DNA of 64,000 nucleotides from a virus (IMGVR_UViG_3300030372_002896:1129-65128), one strand, 5' to 3'; shown: positions 20,407 through 30,773, numbered from the stretch's first letter. Translations and numbers: made by a program. Notes: generated by a model from the letters alone, not told the origin.

Positions 20407-20591
20407 TATTCTTCACTCTCCTTCTTTGCAGCCTTCTTAGGAGCAGCCTTCTTAGGCTTTGCTACCTTCTTAGGCAAGCGACGCATATACTTGAGTGCCT
20501 GACTCTTGGAGTGTTGCGCTAATAGGATTTCCTTAGAAACCTCATCGACTTCATAGCCGAGGGATTCTGCGAGCGCGACATAATCGTCCAT
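20406..20591 (-). CDS. Small protein with Lys/Ala-rich tail
   Basis: KKVAKPKKAAPKKAAKKESEE; GAGGTGA SD. Confidence 0.7.
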   Translation of the reverse strand: MDDYVALAESLGYEVDEVSKEILLAQHSKSQALKYMRRLPKKVAKPKKAAPKKAAKKESEE

Positions 20592-20600
20592 TTAATCACC

Positions 20601-21632
20601 TCAAGCGTCGTATTGGGCAGAGGCAAGTGAAGTTCCTTGTGCCGTTACGGTCATACAACCTCGGTCATCATCATACAAAGCAACGAAGTTCACAGTCATT
20701 GTGTTAGTGTCACGACCGCTTACTGATGCTTCGGGGGCCTCAAACCGTATCTTTTCAAACTGAATCTTGATGAAATCTGCTGCTGCTTCGTCTTTTAATT
20801 CAAGTATAAGAACTGGTGCTGCCCCATCATTGTATTCAAGACCATCAGCAGCAATCAAACCATCATAAGTAGGTTCGTCAACAGAACTTGTGTAAATTAC
20901 CTTATTGAACTCAAGAGTTCCAGTCACTTCACGGCGTTGTGCGGGTGGTGCGCGTCCGTAAGTGCTTGAACCAATACCGTATGCGTTATCTGTATCACGG
21001 TTTAGGTTAATATCAAAACTAAAGGACTTAACTGTCGCTGATGCTGCGGGTGCGCCGGAAGCACCATCATCGAAATTAACTACTCCGTTAGCGAAGTATA
21101 GTGCATCGAGAGCAGCACCGTCGAATGTAGGAGTAGCGAGAGCGGCGGTTGCGGATTCTGCTTTTCCAACAAACCCAACACTCATTGTAGCGTATTCTCC
21201 AACCGAAGCACTGACGCTTAGTGTGTTAGTCATCATACCAGTAAAGGTGTGTTCCTTCTCTTCACGCCCAACACGAACAGTCCAAGAAGGATAAACGCCA
21301 GCAGATGCACTGGTAAGAGAAGGCTCTGTTAAAATATGCTTGTAAATACTACCAGAGGGGTTACTGGTTGTGTCTTGAGGGAAGAAGGAGTAAAACATAA
21401 GACCGACGAAATCATCAACCTGCAAGGCGAGGTTAATGTCGCCTTCGGAATACTCGGTTCCAGTAACGGACTTTGCACTGATAGGTCGGCTCATGTCCTC
21501 GCGGGTCATGAGTTCAAAGTTGTGCTGAATGGACTCGTCGTCCACTTCTCCGTAGACAGGAGTGCCGCTTGGCTCTGTGCCGTAAGTGCTTTCTTTTTCG
21601 ATAGATACATACCGGTTTAGGAACTCAACCAT
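20601..21632 (-). CDS. Major tail (tube) protein
   Basis: EKESTYGT N-terminus, RREVTGTLEF and VSGRDTNTMTVNFVALYD are typical of tail tube families. Confidence 0.85.
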   Translation of the reverse strand: MVEFLNRYVSIEKESTYGTEPSGTPVYGEVDDESIQHNFELMTREDMSRPISAKSVTGTEYSEGDINLALQVDDFVGLMFYSFFPQDTTSNPSGSIYKHILTEPSLTSASAGVYPSWTVRVGREEKEHTFTGMMTNTLSVSASVGEYATMSVGFVGKAESATAALATPTFDGAALDALYFANGVVNFDDGASGAPAASATVKSFSFDINLNRDTDNAYGIGSSTYGRAPPAQRREVTGTLEFNKVIYTSSVDEPTYDGLIAADGLEYNDGAAPVLILELKDEAAADFIKIQFEKIRFEAPEASVSGRDTNTMTVNFVALYDDDRGCMTVTAQGTSLASAQYDA

Positions 21633-21693
21633 GTGTTACACCTCTAACGGTGTTCCGTTTATCCTATGATTGATTCTTAAGGGTTCGCACATA

Positions 21694-22767
21694 TCAGCGA
21701 TGCCGCATGTCAATTCTACGCATGTATGTGAGTTCCATTCGATGGACGCAAATGAAATCATCGTTGTCCATGCGTGGGTCAAACTCGGCATTGTATGAAA
21801 TAATACTATCGGTTGTGCCTTGCAGTCCAGTATTGGTGTATAGTTCATCGAAGCACTCCCCCATGATATTCAAGCCCAACCTGTAAGCATTCTCATAGTT
21901 TGTGCCACGGGTGGTCACAAACAACAACACATTGTAATTCTGAGTAATCTTTGCGCCGCCAAGCGACTCAAACTCAGGCGAGTTTAGGTCGCGGATAAGC
22001 ACATGCACCGTGGGCGGCTGTAACCTGTTTAGCATCTCCGAGGATAAGTCAAACCCATACAGAATAGCGGATTCGTCCACCTGTGTTTTGAGGAATAACC
22101 TGTTACTGTCCTTCAACTGCTGCACCACACCAAGACCCATACGAACCAGCGCGTCCTGTGCAAAGTCGGATGGCATCAGTTCGTCAGGTCCGAAAGAACC
22201 CGCGTTGGAGAAGTAAAGTGTCGCCCATTTCACTGTGCCGTCGGAGTTACCCCACCTGACCTCCTTTGACGAGGATGATGAACCTGTGACGGACAGGTAA
22301 TGAGTGACTGCATCGTCGTCTTCGATAATCTCGTGCATGTATAGTCGGGCGTTGCCGCTTGCATCCATCGTAAGACGTAGTATGACCGGGACAGGGTTGT
22401 CCTCAGCCAGTGAGAGGTCAAGGTCGGGAGTTGTGGCTGTGGTAGCACCTACGAGGTCTAATGTGTTAGCATTACCTTTTGAGCGCACTTCTACGCGCTT
22501 TACGCCGTTGTCCAGCCGCATAAGGACTGTGCCGTTAGCGGGAATCTCCGCTGCATCTGAGAACTCAAACGATGCGACCATCGTATATGCTGTGCTGCTC
22601 GGCACACGGGACCATGTTCCATTACTGGTGATGACCCAATAATCCCCAACAGCAGAGCCTCCTGAACCACTCTCGGTCCAAGAATCGTTGAAGGTTCCTG
22701 TGGCTGCTTCGGGGTCCGTTCCGTTGATACGGCTCGTCCAATACTGCGTCTTGGTTGCGATTGTCAG
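21694..22767 (-). CDS. Tail terminator-like protein with N-terminal lectin-like domain; probable CTG start
   Basis: Frame stays open 54 codons upstream of the track's GTG (22605) to a CTG at 22767 that overlaps the upstream TGA and lies 4 nt after GGAGGTGA. Confidence 0.65.
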   Translation of the reverse strand: MTIATKTQYWTSRINGTDPEAATGTFNDSWTESGSGGSAVGDYWVITSNGTWSRVPSSTAYTMVASFEFSDAAEIPANGTVLMRLDNGVKRVEVRSKGNANTLDLVGATTATTPDLDLSLAEDNPVPVILRLTMDASGNARLYMHEIIEDDDAVTHYLSVTGSSSSSKEVRWGNSDGTVKWATLYFSNAGSFGPDELMPSDFAQDALVRMGLGVVQQLKDSNRLFLKTQVDESAILYGFDLSSEMLNRLQPPTVHVLIRDLNSPEFESLGGAKITQNYNVLLFVTTRGTNYENAYRLGLNIMGECFDELYTNTGLQGTTDSIISYNAEFDPRMDNDDFICVHRMELTYMRRIDMRHR

Positions 22768-23297
22768 AAACTCACCTCCCCAAATGCCTTACGAAGTGCC
22801 TCTGGCACTTTTTCTTCTATTTTCTTTTGTAAGTTTTCTTCTGCCTTATCAAGAAATGCTGGTTCAGGTTCTTTTGCAGGACTTGAATAACCTTCCGGTA
22901 AGAAAATCTTTGCTCCTAATTTTTTGTAAAACGCGAACTTCTTGTTGCTTTGTGGGCTTCCTTTAGGCTTACCAAAAGCAAGAATACCCGCAATGTTGAT
23001 ATTTTGTTTGCCAGTTTCTCCTATAACACCTTGAAAGTCATCACCAGCACCAAAACGAAGAATTGGGATTTGTTTTGGGCCAGCGGGATTGATTGCGAAA
23101 GTTACTTCTGAGCCTACTTTTTGATATATGTCTCCGCTTGTTGTGCTTCGACTGAACAAACGATTACGAGTATTACGGACTTCATCTTGACCGGCTTTTT
23201 TCATAACCTTGACTATTTCATCAACGGCTTTATCGCCAAACTTATCCATATACTTTCTAACTTCACGACCGATTGGTGGTATCTTGAAATCAATCAT
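22764..23297 (-). CDS. Neck / tail-completion protein (HK97 gp10-like)
   Basis: Basic protein ending EPEPAFLDKAEE...; position in the head-tail joining block. Confidence 0.6.
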   Translation of the reverse strand: MIDFKIPPIGREVRKYMDKFGDKAVDEIVKVMKKAGQDEVRNTRNRLFSRSTTSGDIYQKVGSEVTFAINPAGPKQIPILRFGAGDDFQGVIGETGKQNINIAGILAFGKPKGSPQSNKKFAFYKKLGAKIFLPEGYSSPAKEPEPAFLDKAEENLQKKIEEKVPEALRKAFGEVSF

Positions 23298-23306
23298 ATA
23301 ATCACC

Positions 23307-23843
23307 TCAGTCAACAGAACCGAGGTGAGCGAGGCGTCGAAGGCTCATGTTGCCACGGTCTTTCAACATAGTGCCGCGCATCCCACCTTCGACCGATTGT
23401 GTTTGGAAGGTGGATTCATCCTCGTAGTAGTAAGAGGCTGCTAAGTCAGCGCAAACCTCACGTAATATGTGTGCTTCCTCACCTTCTTCGACGGTCACGC
23501 CGGTAGCGTGGTCGAAGGAGATACCTGTGCATCCTGTGAGGTCGTTAGTGGACTTACCAGTCCATGCGAATGAATCACCGTCTATATTGCCGTTTCCAGC
23601 GTTGCTAAAGCCCGTTCCGCTTGCGAGGGTAATGCTGGTAGCACCAGCAGAAACGGAGCCGTTCAGCGTGGTTGATTTGATGCTTTTTGCGGGAGTGTCA
23701 CGACCGTAATCTCGGTAGGTCTGGTCAATGTCTATGGTAGCCCTGCGGATAGCAGAGGTAATACGGCTGGTAGCGCGAGTTCTTTGTGCGCTATCTAACC
23801 CAAGACGAGAGCCAACGTCGGCCACCGAGCAATAATAGGTCAT
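23307..23843 (-). CDS. Head-tail adaptor
   Basis: MTYYCSVADV...ILREVCADLAA pattern typical of gp6/gp15/gp36-like adaptors. Confidence 0.7.
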   Translation of the reverse strand: MTYYCSVADVGSRLGLDSAQRTRATSRITSAIRRATIDIDQTYRDYGRDTPAKSIKSTTLNGSVSAGATSITLASGTGFSNAGNGNIDGDSFAWTGKSTNDLTGCTGISFDHATGVTVEEGEEAHILREVCADLAASYYYEDESTFQTQSVEGGMRGTMLKDRGNMSLRRLAHLGSVD

Positions 23844-24040
23844 TACTCTCCGTCCTTAGCATCCTCAACGGCTTCTTGAATCTCTTCTACCTTGTCTGTG
23901 CCTTCTGTTACAGCATCAATAATTTCATCAAGGCTGACCTTTCCGTCTGCCATAATGACCTGATACCTCTTGTAAGCCCATACTCCAAAAGCCGCAACTA
24001 AAGCAGCAACGGGTAGCCAAATCTCAATTTCACTCATCAT
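23843..24040 (-). CDS. Small single-pass membrane protein (holin-like candidate)
   Basis: IWLPVAALVAAFGVWAY followed by an acidic tail. Confidence 0.55.
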   Translation of the reverse strand: MMSEIEIWLPVAALVAAFGVWAYKRYQVIMADGKVSLDEIIDAVTEGTDKVEEIQEAVEDAKDGE

Positions 24041-24219
24041 CTTTTTTCACCTTCTCTATCATACAGGATTTGTTTCACGGCACTTAACGGAATCACGGTA
24101 AATGGTCTGTCAGCCCCCGGCCTGTATATCTTGTAGCCATGCGGTGTCTCTTCAATGTTCACCTGTGTAAAGGACTTTTCAGGCGGTTGATATACTATTT
24201 TTCCTTGTCTTTTGCTCAT
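24037..24219 (-). CDS. Hypothetical 60-aa protein
   Basis: Coupled ORF in the late operon. Confidence 0.6.
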   Translation of the reverse strand: MSKRQGKIVYQPPEKSFTQVNIEETPHGYKIYRPGADRPFTVIPLSAVKQILYDREGEKR

Positions 24220-24392
24220 TCATTCATCCACTCCGTAAGTTGTGCATCTGTTGGTGCTGGGCCAAGTTCACCCGTAGGCCATATGTCTCTGCGAAAGTAA
24301 GGGCCGTTACCATCATCTTGAACACACCCATGCCACCACGGGACATAATCGGGGTAATTTTCAACCAATACTTCTGCAAGTGTTTTCGTCAT
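24216..24392 (-). CDS. XkdW-like small protein following the fibre gene
   Basis: MTKTLAEVL...VQDDGNGPYFRRDIWPTGELGPAPTDAQL; overlaps both neighbours by 4 nt. Not in the ORF track. Confidence 0.6.
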   Translation of the reverse strand: MTKTLAEVLVENYPDYVPWWHGCVQDDGNGPYFRRDIWPTGELGPAPTDAQLTEWMNE

Positions 24393-26596
24393 GTTCCCAC
24401 CATCCTAATACCCATATGGGTGAAATTGGCTGCCACGCTATCCCCTATGAGGTTTTTACCAGAACCCCCATTGTGAAAAACGTATAGGGCTACTTTATCC
24501 CCAGAAGCAAGTTCGCCTGTCCATGTGCCATTACTTATCGCACCACTATCATGCGCGGTAGTTCCGCCAGCAAGCAAAGCGAAACCACTTCCAGTGTCTT
24601 TTTGAATACGGGTAACACACGCATGGGATGTTGTAATGTATCTTATTGAAGCCGACCATTCTATTTGGTATATGCCAGCAGAAGGAGCCGTGAAATAATA
24701 ATTAGAAGTATCCCATGCACTTGTCACATCTTTTACAACATTCGCCATAGGAGCAATTGTATAAGCACCCGAAGTAAAACCACTTACGCTGGTCGCAAGA
24801 GTCACTACTGTTAATGCTGCGCCAAGTGACGCAGTTATAATGTCGGCGGGTTCTAAATCTAAATCTGCCTTAACTTCTGCCGCACTCCTACCTTCTATTT
24901 GTGTTCCATCTACTCTTAAGAAATCATCATCTACTACTGCCGCATTTGCGACTAATACATTTCCGTTTGAAATCCCACCAGTCAATCCTTTTACGAACGC
25001 AAGATTAGTAACTTCACTATCCATTAGTGCGCCAGCAGCAGCAACATTAGTTGCGTCTGTTACATCTGCTCCATCTTCAACATTAGCAATAGTTCGGATA
25101 TTAGCACCTGTCAATTCCTCAACATCACCCGCTCCACCTGTGATTCTTCCCAATACCCTACTTGTTGCTGATACGTGTTGCATCTTGGCGTATGTCACGG
25201 CCTCATCAGCAATAGTAGCGGCTACGGAGCCGGAACCACTGGCGGTTACGTTTCCTGTGAGCGCGGTAATACCACCGCCTATAACAGCACCGCCATTAGT
25301 TAGTGCTATATCATTCCCTGCATCGTCTGTGAAGTATAAGTTGCTTGGCGCATCATCATGCACCCATAGAATACCTGTTCCGGCCACATGGTCAGGAGGG
25401 TCTGCAACTTCGCTTATTTTCAACCCTTCATCTGCGTGAAGAATGCTATTGATGAAAGTTAGGTTTGCATCTGTAAGTAGGGCGTTCATATCGTTACCCA
25501 TCAACAAACCATTCTTAAGAGTAGTAGTTAATCCTGTGCCACCTTGAGGCACACCGAAGAAAGGTGTAGGGTCATTAGATGAATAAATGCCGTCTGCGAC
25601 CTGCACGAAGTTCCATGTGCCATCAATGACTGGCCTTCTTACCGAACGTATTTCACTACCGGGATGCTCCCCCGGACCAACTAAAACTGCACCTTCTAAA
25701 ACACGAATAGAATTACACGAAAGAATGTGTCCAGTATCAAGAAGGCAAGCAGTTCCGGCAGCATCGCCTTGTGCAATCACTACATCGTAATGTTGTGCAT
25801 AAAAGTTAGCACCTCCGCCAAAGTTTGTCTCTCCATCGGCAGGAAACCTATACGTGGCTGCACTTTGTGGAACATATGTTACACTTGAGCGATATGTGTA
25901 AAAGTAATCAGTGTTTATTGTCAAAGTGCCATTAAAAATAAATGCTTTTTGGTAATCGTTTGTGACGGGAAAATAAGTAGTTGCGGCTTTACGAACTTCC
26001 ACACTATTTCCAGCAGTAAAATTACGTATGTCAACTTGCCCATAATTGTTAAACGGCGCACCATAAATCATAGCAAAGAAGCATGTGCCACTTGCGGCGT
26101 TAAGTGTTAAGTTGGGATAAACACCATCATCCATAATTACATCTACGCCAGTTGGTATGGCAAAGGTAAATGTCATACCTGTTCGTGATGCCGCATCTAC
26201 AAACATACCGTTAAATGATGTATCGAGTGTGGTGTCGTTGGTCGAATCTATTTTAACATACGATTCTATGTTGCCAGTAAAGGGTAATGCTCCCGAAAAG
26301 GCAAACGTAAAACCACTTGCATGTGTAACAGAAATTGCTCCCGACTTTTCAATTATTAGACCAGCAGATGTGAGATTAAGAGTTCCTGTGGCTGAAAATA
26401 TGAGTATTTTGTTAAAATCATCTTCTATTTTTAGACCTTGAAGGGAAGCAATAGCCGACGCATCCCACACGCAATCTCTTGTCGCACCAGTCCTAAATAC
26501 AGCAACATCGCCGGAACCGGGCAATGAGCCACCAGTCCAATTTGCCGCAGTTCCCGCCGCAGTAGAAGTTCCCCCTGCCCATACAACATCTGCCAT
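24389..26596 (-). CDS. Fibre protein with C-terminal C1q-like domain
   Basis: N-terminal WAGG...ANWTGGSLPGSGDVAVF, central fibre segment IADEAVTYAKMQ...GADVTDATNV, C-terminal YFTAPSAGIYQIEWS...ELASGDKVALYV. Confidence 0.7.
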   Translation of the reverse strand: MADVVWAGGTSTAAGTAANWTGGSLPGSGDVAVFRTGATRDCVWDASAIASLQGLKIEDDFNKILIFSATGTLNLTSAGLIIEKSGAISVTHASGFTFAFSGALPFTGNIESYVKIDSTNDTTLDTSFNGMFVDAASRTGMTFTFAIPTGVDVIMDDGVYPNLTLNAASGTCFFAMIYGAPFNNYGQVDIRNFTAGNSVEVRKAATTYFPVTNDYQKAFIFNGTLTINTDYFYTYRSSVTYVPQSAATYRFPADGETNFGGGANFYAQHYDVVIAQGDAAGTACLLDTGHILSCNSIRVLEGAVLVGPGEHPGSEIRSVRRPVIDGTWNFVQVADGIYSSNDPTPFFGVPQGGTGLTTTLKNGLLMGNDMNALLTDANLTFINSILHADEGLKISEVADPPDHVAGTGILWVHDDAPSNLYFTDDAGNDIALTNGGAVIGGGITALTGNVTASGSGSVAATIADEAVTYAKMQHVSATSRVLGRITGGAGDVEELTGANIRTIANVEDGADVTDATNVAAAGALMDSEVTNLAFVKGLTGGISNGNVLVANAAVVDDDFLRVDGTQIEGRSAAEVKADLDLEPADIITASLGAALTVVTLATSVSGFTSGAYTIAPMANVVKDVTSAWDTSNYYFTAPSAGIYQIEWSASIRYITTSHACVTRIQKDTGSGFALLAGGTTAHDSGAISNGTWTGELASGDKVALYVFHNGGSGKNLIGDSVAANFTHMGIRMVGT

Positions 26597-26611
26597 GTAA
26601 TGACCTCTCTA

Positions 26612-27049
26612 TCAGTTGTCTTGGTCTAAAGAACCGGCCAACTGCGCTCCACTCGTGGTTCCACCAACACGGGTAGTAGATGCACTCGTGTAGAATGCAG
26701 TCCCTCCCGCTTCTGCTATGAGCGCAAGGGCGGAATCCGCTTGCGCTTGGAATGATTGTAATTGCTTGTTAAAACGAATATCTGAAACACCCTGCTGCTT
26801 TTCAGGCACAACCGCAGGGATTGTGTCAATAAGCACTCTGAGACAGTCCACACACACAAGGAACTTAATTGCCGACTCCTTGACCGTAGTATCAGGAGCG
26901 TAAGTATCTGTTACGCCGAATAAATCAGCCTGTCGGGTCTTCTTGTTCACTTCCGCTGTTCGGATTGTGATATACTCGTTGATAGTCCCTTCGTTAAGGC
27001 CGCGTGGCCTGTTCAGAAGGTCACGAATCTGCGCCGTTGTGACTGCCAT
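26612..27049 (-). CDS. Head-tail connector-like protein
   Basis: MAVTTAQIRDLL... helical protein downstream of capsid genes. Confidence 0.5.
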   Translation of the reverse strand: MAVTTAQIRDLLNRPRGLNEGTINEYITIRTAEVNKKTRQADLFGVTDTYAPDTTVKESAIKFLVCVDCLRVLIDTIPAVVPEKQQGVSDIRFNKQLQSFQAQADSALALIAEAGGTAFYTSASTTRVGGTTSGAQLAGSLDQDN

Positions 27050-27371
27050 CGCTAACCCTCGGTGTGTCTATTATCACGGTGTCCTTTGAAGGTTCCGTGG
27101 TTCTGTCGAGGACGAACACTAATCTCGTCCCTACAATCTGTTGTGCCATCTCACTGTTTGGGAGCCAATACACATCTTGCTTACTCTTAAGTAGATGGAT
27201 TGGGTGGTTAAGGTCGCCAATACGAGAAGATGGCTTTGCCAAGCGCACAACGTAACCCTTACCGGGTAGCCATGTGTCCAAACGGTGTTGATAATCCGCG
27301 ACCTTGCCGTCCTTTGGGACGGGAATACCACGGCTTCGCAACTGCTTCGCAAGACCAGCCTTAGTAGCCAT
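27021..27371 (-). CDS. Hypothetical virion-module protein
   Basis: ATG 27371 after GGAGTGA; N-terminal SAP/LEM-like helix pair. Confidence 0.6.
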   Translation of the reverse strand: MATKAGLAKQLRSRGIPVPKDGKVADYQHRLDTWLPGKGYVVRLAKPSSRIGDLNHPIHLLKSKQDVYWLPNSEMAQQIVGTRLVFVLDRTTEPSKDTVIIDTPRVSDGSHNGADS

Positions 27372-27376
27372 GTGGC

Positions 27377-27514
27377 TCACTCCTTCTTCTTAGAAGCGCG
27401 TGACTTCTTGGCTGCCTTCTTAGCCTTAGTGACGACCTTGTAGACAGGTGCGTGGTCAGGAGAGCCTTCAACGCGCTGATAAACATCGCCGTTCTTGTCA
27501 GTCCACTCGTCCAC
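27377..27514 (-). CDS. 45-aa Lys-rich protein
   Basis: GTG start; ...YKVVTKAKKAAKKSRASKKKE. Not in the ORF track. Confidence 0.55.
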   Translation of the reverse strand: MDEWTDKNGDVYQRVEGSPDHAPVYKVVTKAKKAAKKSRASKKKE

Positions 27515-27518
27515 GCTA

Positions 27519-28034
27519 TCACGCGCCCTCGTAGAACTCAACATAAACACGCAACTTGCCAGCCGTTAGGTCAGCAGTCCCAATCGTAGCAAGCACGTTT
27601 CGTGCTGCGCTCGTCTTGATTGGTAGGTCGTTGCCGTTGCTGCTTCTGTAAGTCATGTCTAAGCAAGCACCAAGAGTGTAGTTAGCCTTAGCACCAGCGG
27701 TTGCCCCAATGAATGCGTCAGTGTTACCTGTGATTCCGATTGCGACAGTAGCCGAGCCACCAGAAGTAACTGCTGTTTCGACTTCGATAACTGCCTTTGT
27801 GATAACAGCGTTGTCAGGAATCTGTTGTGCGCCACCAGCCGTGTTGGTCATGGTGATTGCGCCTTGTGCGCCAGCCTGAGTGGAGAAATCGTATAGGAAC
27901 ACGAGTGACTTTGCCTGTGCAGGAGACAACTTAGCGTTGGTAACTGAATCAGCGACAATTTCGGATGTTCCCACAGCGTTATCAGCCATGTATTTGTTTT
28001 CGACAAAGTTCTGGAACTTTCTGTTTTGTGCCAT
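27519..28034 (-). CDS. Capsid decoration / spike-like protein
   Basis: Immediately after the major capsid gene; beta-rich IPDNAVITKAVIEVETAVTSGGSATVAIG. Confidence 0.55.
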   Translation of the reverse strand: MAQNRKFQNFVENKYMADNAVGTSEIVADSVTNAKLSPAQAKSLVFLYDFSTQAGAQGAITMTNTAGGAQQIPDNAVITKAVIEVETAVTSGGSATVAIGITGNTDAFIGATAGAKANYTLGACLDMTYRSSNGNDLPIKTSAARNVLATIGTADLTAGKLRVYVEFYEGA

Positions 28035-28071
28035 TTAATTCACCTCAGTAGTAGTATCGTATCTCCAAGAA

Positions 28072-28986
28072 TCAAGCGCGGACGCCCGTAATCTTGAAGA
28101 GGCGATGACTCTTACCAGCCGCAGCACCGTCTTGGTGTTCGTGGATTACGCTTCCCATGTAGCCGCTTAGGAGCCAGTCGAAACCGACACCGGGGATGCG
28201 GGTTAGTTCTGTCTCTTGGAAGCCGGGTCCGTTGTAGGTAAAGAACTCTGCTGTTTCTCCACCGGGAATCATGAGTAGTGCATCGTTACCGAGTGCTTCT
28301 CCGCTACCTCCGAAGTCACGGGAGTAGTAGATAGTTAGGTTAGCAACGCGGCGTAGGTGGTCAGCCATTGACTCTACGACGTTACCAAACAACTGTGTGT
28401 TGAGCATTGCGCTGCGCTTGTCAGCAGGGAGGATAAGAGCCATTGGCTCATCGCCCTGAACACGAGCGTTAGCGAAGATGTCATCCATAGCGTCGAGGAT
28501 GTCCTTCTCTTCGTCAGCAGTTGCGCTACCGAATACTGCGGTTGCAGCAGCGGAGTTGTCAGCACCAGCCATCAACTTCGTTAGGATGTGGTTGTCGATG
28601 GTGTCTGCGCGAGCGCGGACAATACCGAGTTGCTGGCGGTCGATGTTCTCAAAGGATTCACCGCGTAGGCGAACAGCGTCGAGGAAAGTGCATCGACCCT
28701 GACCCTTTTCCAACTTGACAGTGTAGTTAGCAGTTCCAATCTTGGTTGGGTCTACGATTGCTACATCGTCGATGGGGTAGGAGAATGAGCCGTTCACGCC
28801 AGTGAACCACTTGAACTCAAGCCACGGGACGGAGCGAACTCCGACGACCTTTGTTCCGACGGAAATCACGTTGGATTGTAGTTGGATGAAGTCACGGAGC
28901 GTCTGCTCAAGAACTTGGTCGCCCGGTGCGAAAGGCCCTGCGGCCGCTTCTACGTTTAGTATTGTGTCGAGTGTATCGTTTGCCAT
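28072..28986 (-). CDS. Major capsid protein (HK97 fold)
   Basis: 304 aa, downstream of protease and decoration genes in canonical order. Confidence 0.8.
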   Translation of the reverse strand: MANDTLDTILNVEAAAGPFAPGDQVLEQTLRDFIQLQSNVISVGTKVVGVRSVPWLEFKWFTGVNGSFSYPIDDVAIVDPTKIGTANYTVKLEKGQGRCTFLDAVRLRGESFENIDRQQLGIVRARADTIDNHILTKLMAGADNSAAATAVFGSATADEEKDILDAMDDIFANARVQGDEPMALILPADKRSAMLNTQLFGNVVESMADHLRRVANLTIYYSRDFGGSGEALGNDALLMIPGGETAEFFTYNGPGFQETELTRIPGVGFDWLLSGYMGSVIHEHQDGAAAGKSHRLFKITGVRA

Positions 28987-28998
28987 TTTTCATCACCT

Positions 28999-29409
28999 TC
29001 AAGCATCAGCCGCCGTTGTAGTGCTTACTGGAACAAGGTCGCCAGCAGTTGCGGTTTCACCGTTTCCTACATAGATTCCGACCTTTTTGTTGGAGCCAGC
29101 AACATTGGTCACGCGACCAGCGTTGTTAGCGTAGACAAGTTGTCCCAGAGAGTAAGTCACCGCATCAGAAGCAAGTAAGAACATTCCTCCTAATGGGTAG
29201 TAGGAGATAGTAGCATTTGCTGTTTCAAGAACGTTATCTGCATCGCGGGAAGAATCTGCTACGCTGACACCGAGTGGAACCTCAGTTGCAGCGCACAAAT
29301 CCAACTTGTTGTTAGTGCTATCGTTAGTTAGCAAGAAACCGGGACCACTAACAGTGGTAGTGTCTATCAAAGTTGCGGTTCGTGGGTCTGCGCCTTGTCC
29401 GTATGCCAT
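28999..29409 (-). CDS. Head decoration/cement protein
   Basis: Small Gly/Ala/Thr-rich beta protein between protease and capsid genes (PLGVS...GQLVYANNAGRVT...VGIYVG). Confidence 0.6.
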   Translation of the reverse strand: MAYGQGADPRTATLIDTTTVSGPGFLLTNDSTNNKLDLCAATEVPLGVSVADSSRDADNVLETANATISYYPLGGMFLLASDAVTYSLGQLVYANNAGRVTNVAGSNKKVGIYVGNGETATAGDLVPVSTTTAADA

Positions 29410-29410
29410 T

Positions 29411-30739
29411 TCAAATCATCTCCTTCATTTCAGTGAAGTTAGGTGCGCTCATGCGGTCCTTCTCAGCAACCGCTAGTGTGCGGTTCCAAGCGGAAGCCCA
29501 AGCGTTCCATGCGCGAGCATATGAGTCCTCGCTGGTTTCAAGAAGAGAACCGTTGAGGTAGTTAGCGACGACCGACTGTGGCTGTGCAGATGCAACTGCT
29601 GGCTGCTCGGAAGCAACCTGTGGCTCTGCAACAGGGGCCATCTCAACTGGCACTGGCTCTGGGTGAGCCTCGCGCCATGATGCGATAAGGGAAGAAAGAG
29701 TGTCAGCGGACAGGTCTTCATGACCGGACATTCCAAGTTCAGCAGCCTCAGATACAAGACCTGCGCGAACTTCTTCTGCGCGGGCTTCCTCTGCTGCCGT
29801 ATATTCATTCACCTTTGCATTTGCCATAACGAGGTCTGCCTTAAGGGATTCAATCTCCCCGTGTAGATTCTCGTTCTCGGCCTCATAATCGAATCCGTCA
29901 TCACTCATGTTCGCAATCACCTGCTGTTGATTCTGCTCAAGTGGTGAGTCATACTTAAGGGTTTCACCGGCCATCATTGGCTGTGTTTCAGGCTTAATTC
30001 GCTTGACTGATTCGATATTAGCCCGAGGATAGGCTGGTTTGTGGACAATCGCAAGGTGGTCGAATCGGAACTTCGGACCGAAGATAATACCGTCTTCTGA
30101 GGAAGATACAGGAATACCAGTGCCGCCGATAGAAACTCCATAGTTGTCACGGTTCCAAAGGCCGGACTCAAGAGCGTTAAACAATTCTGTGCGGACTACA
30201 TGAGCAACGTATCGAACTTCCCACTTGCCTTCGGGCAGGTCATGGATAGATGCGTATCGAACTACGCCGACAACGGCTTCGTCCACGCCACCATCCATGT
30301 TGCGCGTGAATCCCGCGCCCTGCTCCTTTGTCTTAGGATGGTTAAGAGTGACATCTGCGCCAATCATCTGTGGAATGACCTTCTCTGCTGCTTCGCGTGT
30401 AAGTGACCATCCATTCTTGTTATATCCTTCATGGAATGCAACACCACGCAACTCAATAATTGACTTGCCGGTAGCAGCCTCAACGACCGCTTCCATCTCA
30501 TCGACTTCAAGGTCAATAGTTACAGACATATACTCGTCTTCTTTCTTCTTGTAACCTTCGACTTTTTGCTCAACGTCTTTTCCACCGGTTTTTTTCATGT
30601 ATTCTTCATGGGTTTTACCCGGCATAAAAACTGTTTTACCGTCTTCTTCGTGTGAGTGAATGCCATCAAGACCGAGTTCTTTCGCTCTTTCTGTGGCCTC
30701 ACCGGGATTGTCAAATACATCTCGGCGTATCATTGCCAT
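29411..30739 (-). CDS. Prohead protease with C-terminal scaffold
   Basis: LNHP, GVSIGG and FDHLAIVHKPAYPRA protease motifs, then an acidic coiled coil; TATA-like TTAAAT about 22 nt upstream. Confidence 0.85.
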   Translation of the reverse strand: MAMIRRDVFDNPGEATERAKELGLDGIHSHEEDGKTVFMPGKTHEEYMKKTGGKDVEQKVEGYKKKEDEYMSVTIDLEVDEMEAVVEAATGKSIIELRGVAFHEGYNKNGWSLTREAAEKVIPQMIGADVTLNHPKTKEQGAGFTRNMDGGVDEAVVGVVRYASIHDLPEGKWEVRYVAHVVRTELFNALESGLWNRDNYGVSIGGTGIPVSSSEDGIIFGPKFRFDHLAIVHKPAYPRANIESVKRIKPETQPMMAGETLKYDSPLEQNQQQVIANMSDDGFDYEAENENLHGEIESLKADLVMANAKVNEYTAAEEARAEEVRAGLVSEAAELGMSGHEDLSADTLSSLIASWREAHPEPVPVEMAPVAEPQVASEQPAVASAQPQSVVANYLNGSLLETSEDSYARAWNAWASAWNRTLAVAEKDRMSAPNFTEMKEMI

Positions 30740-30773
30740 AGATTTACCGAAACACTGAATGATTTAAGAATAT

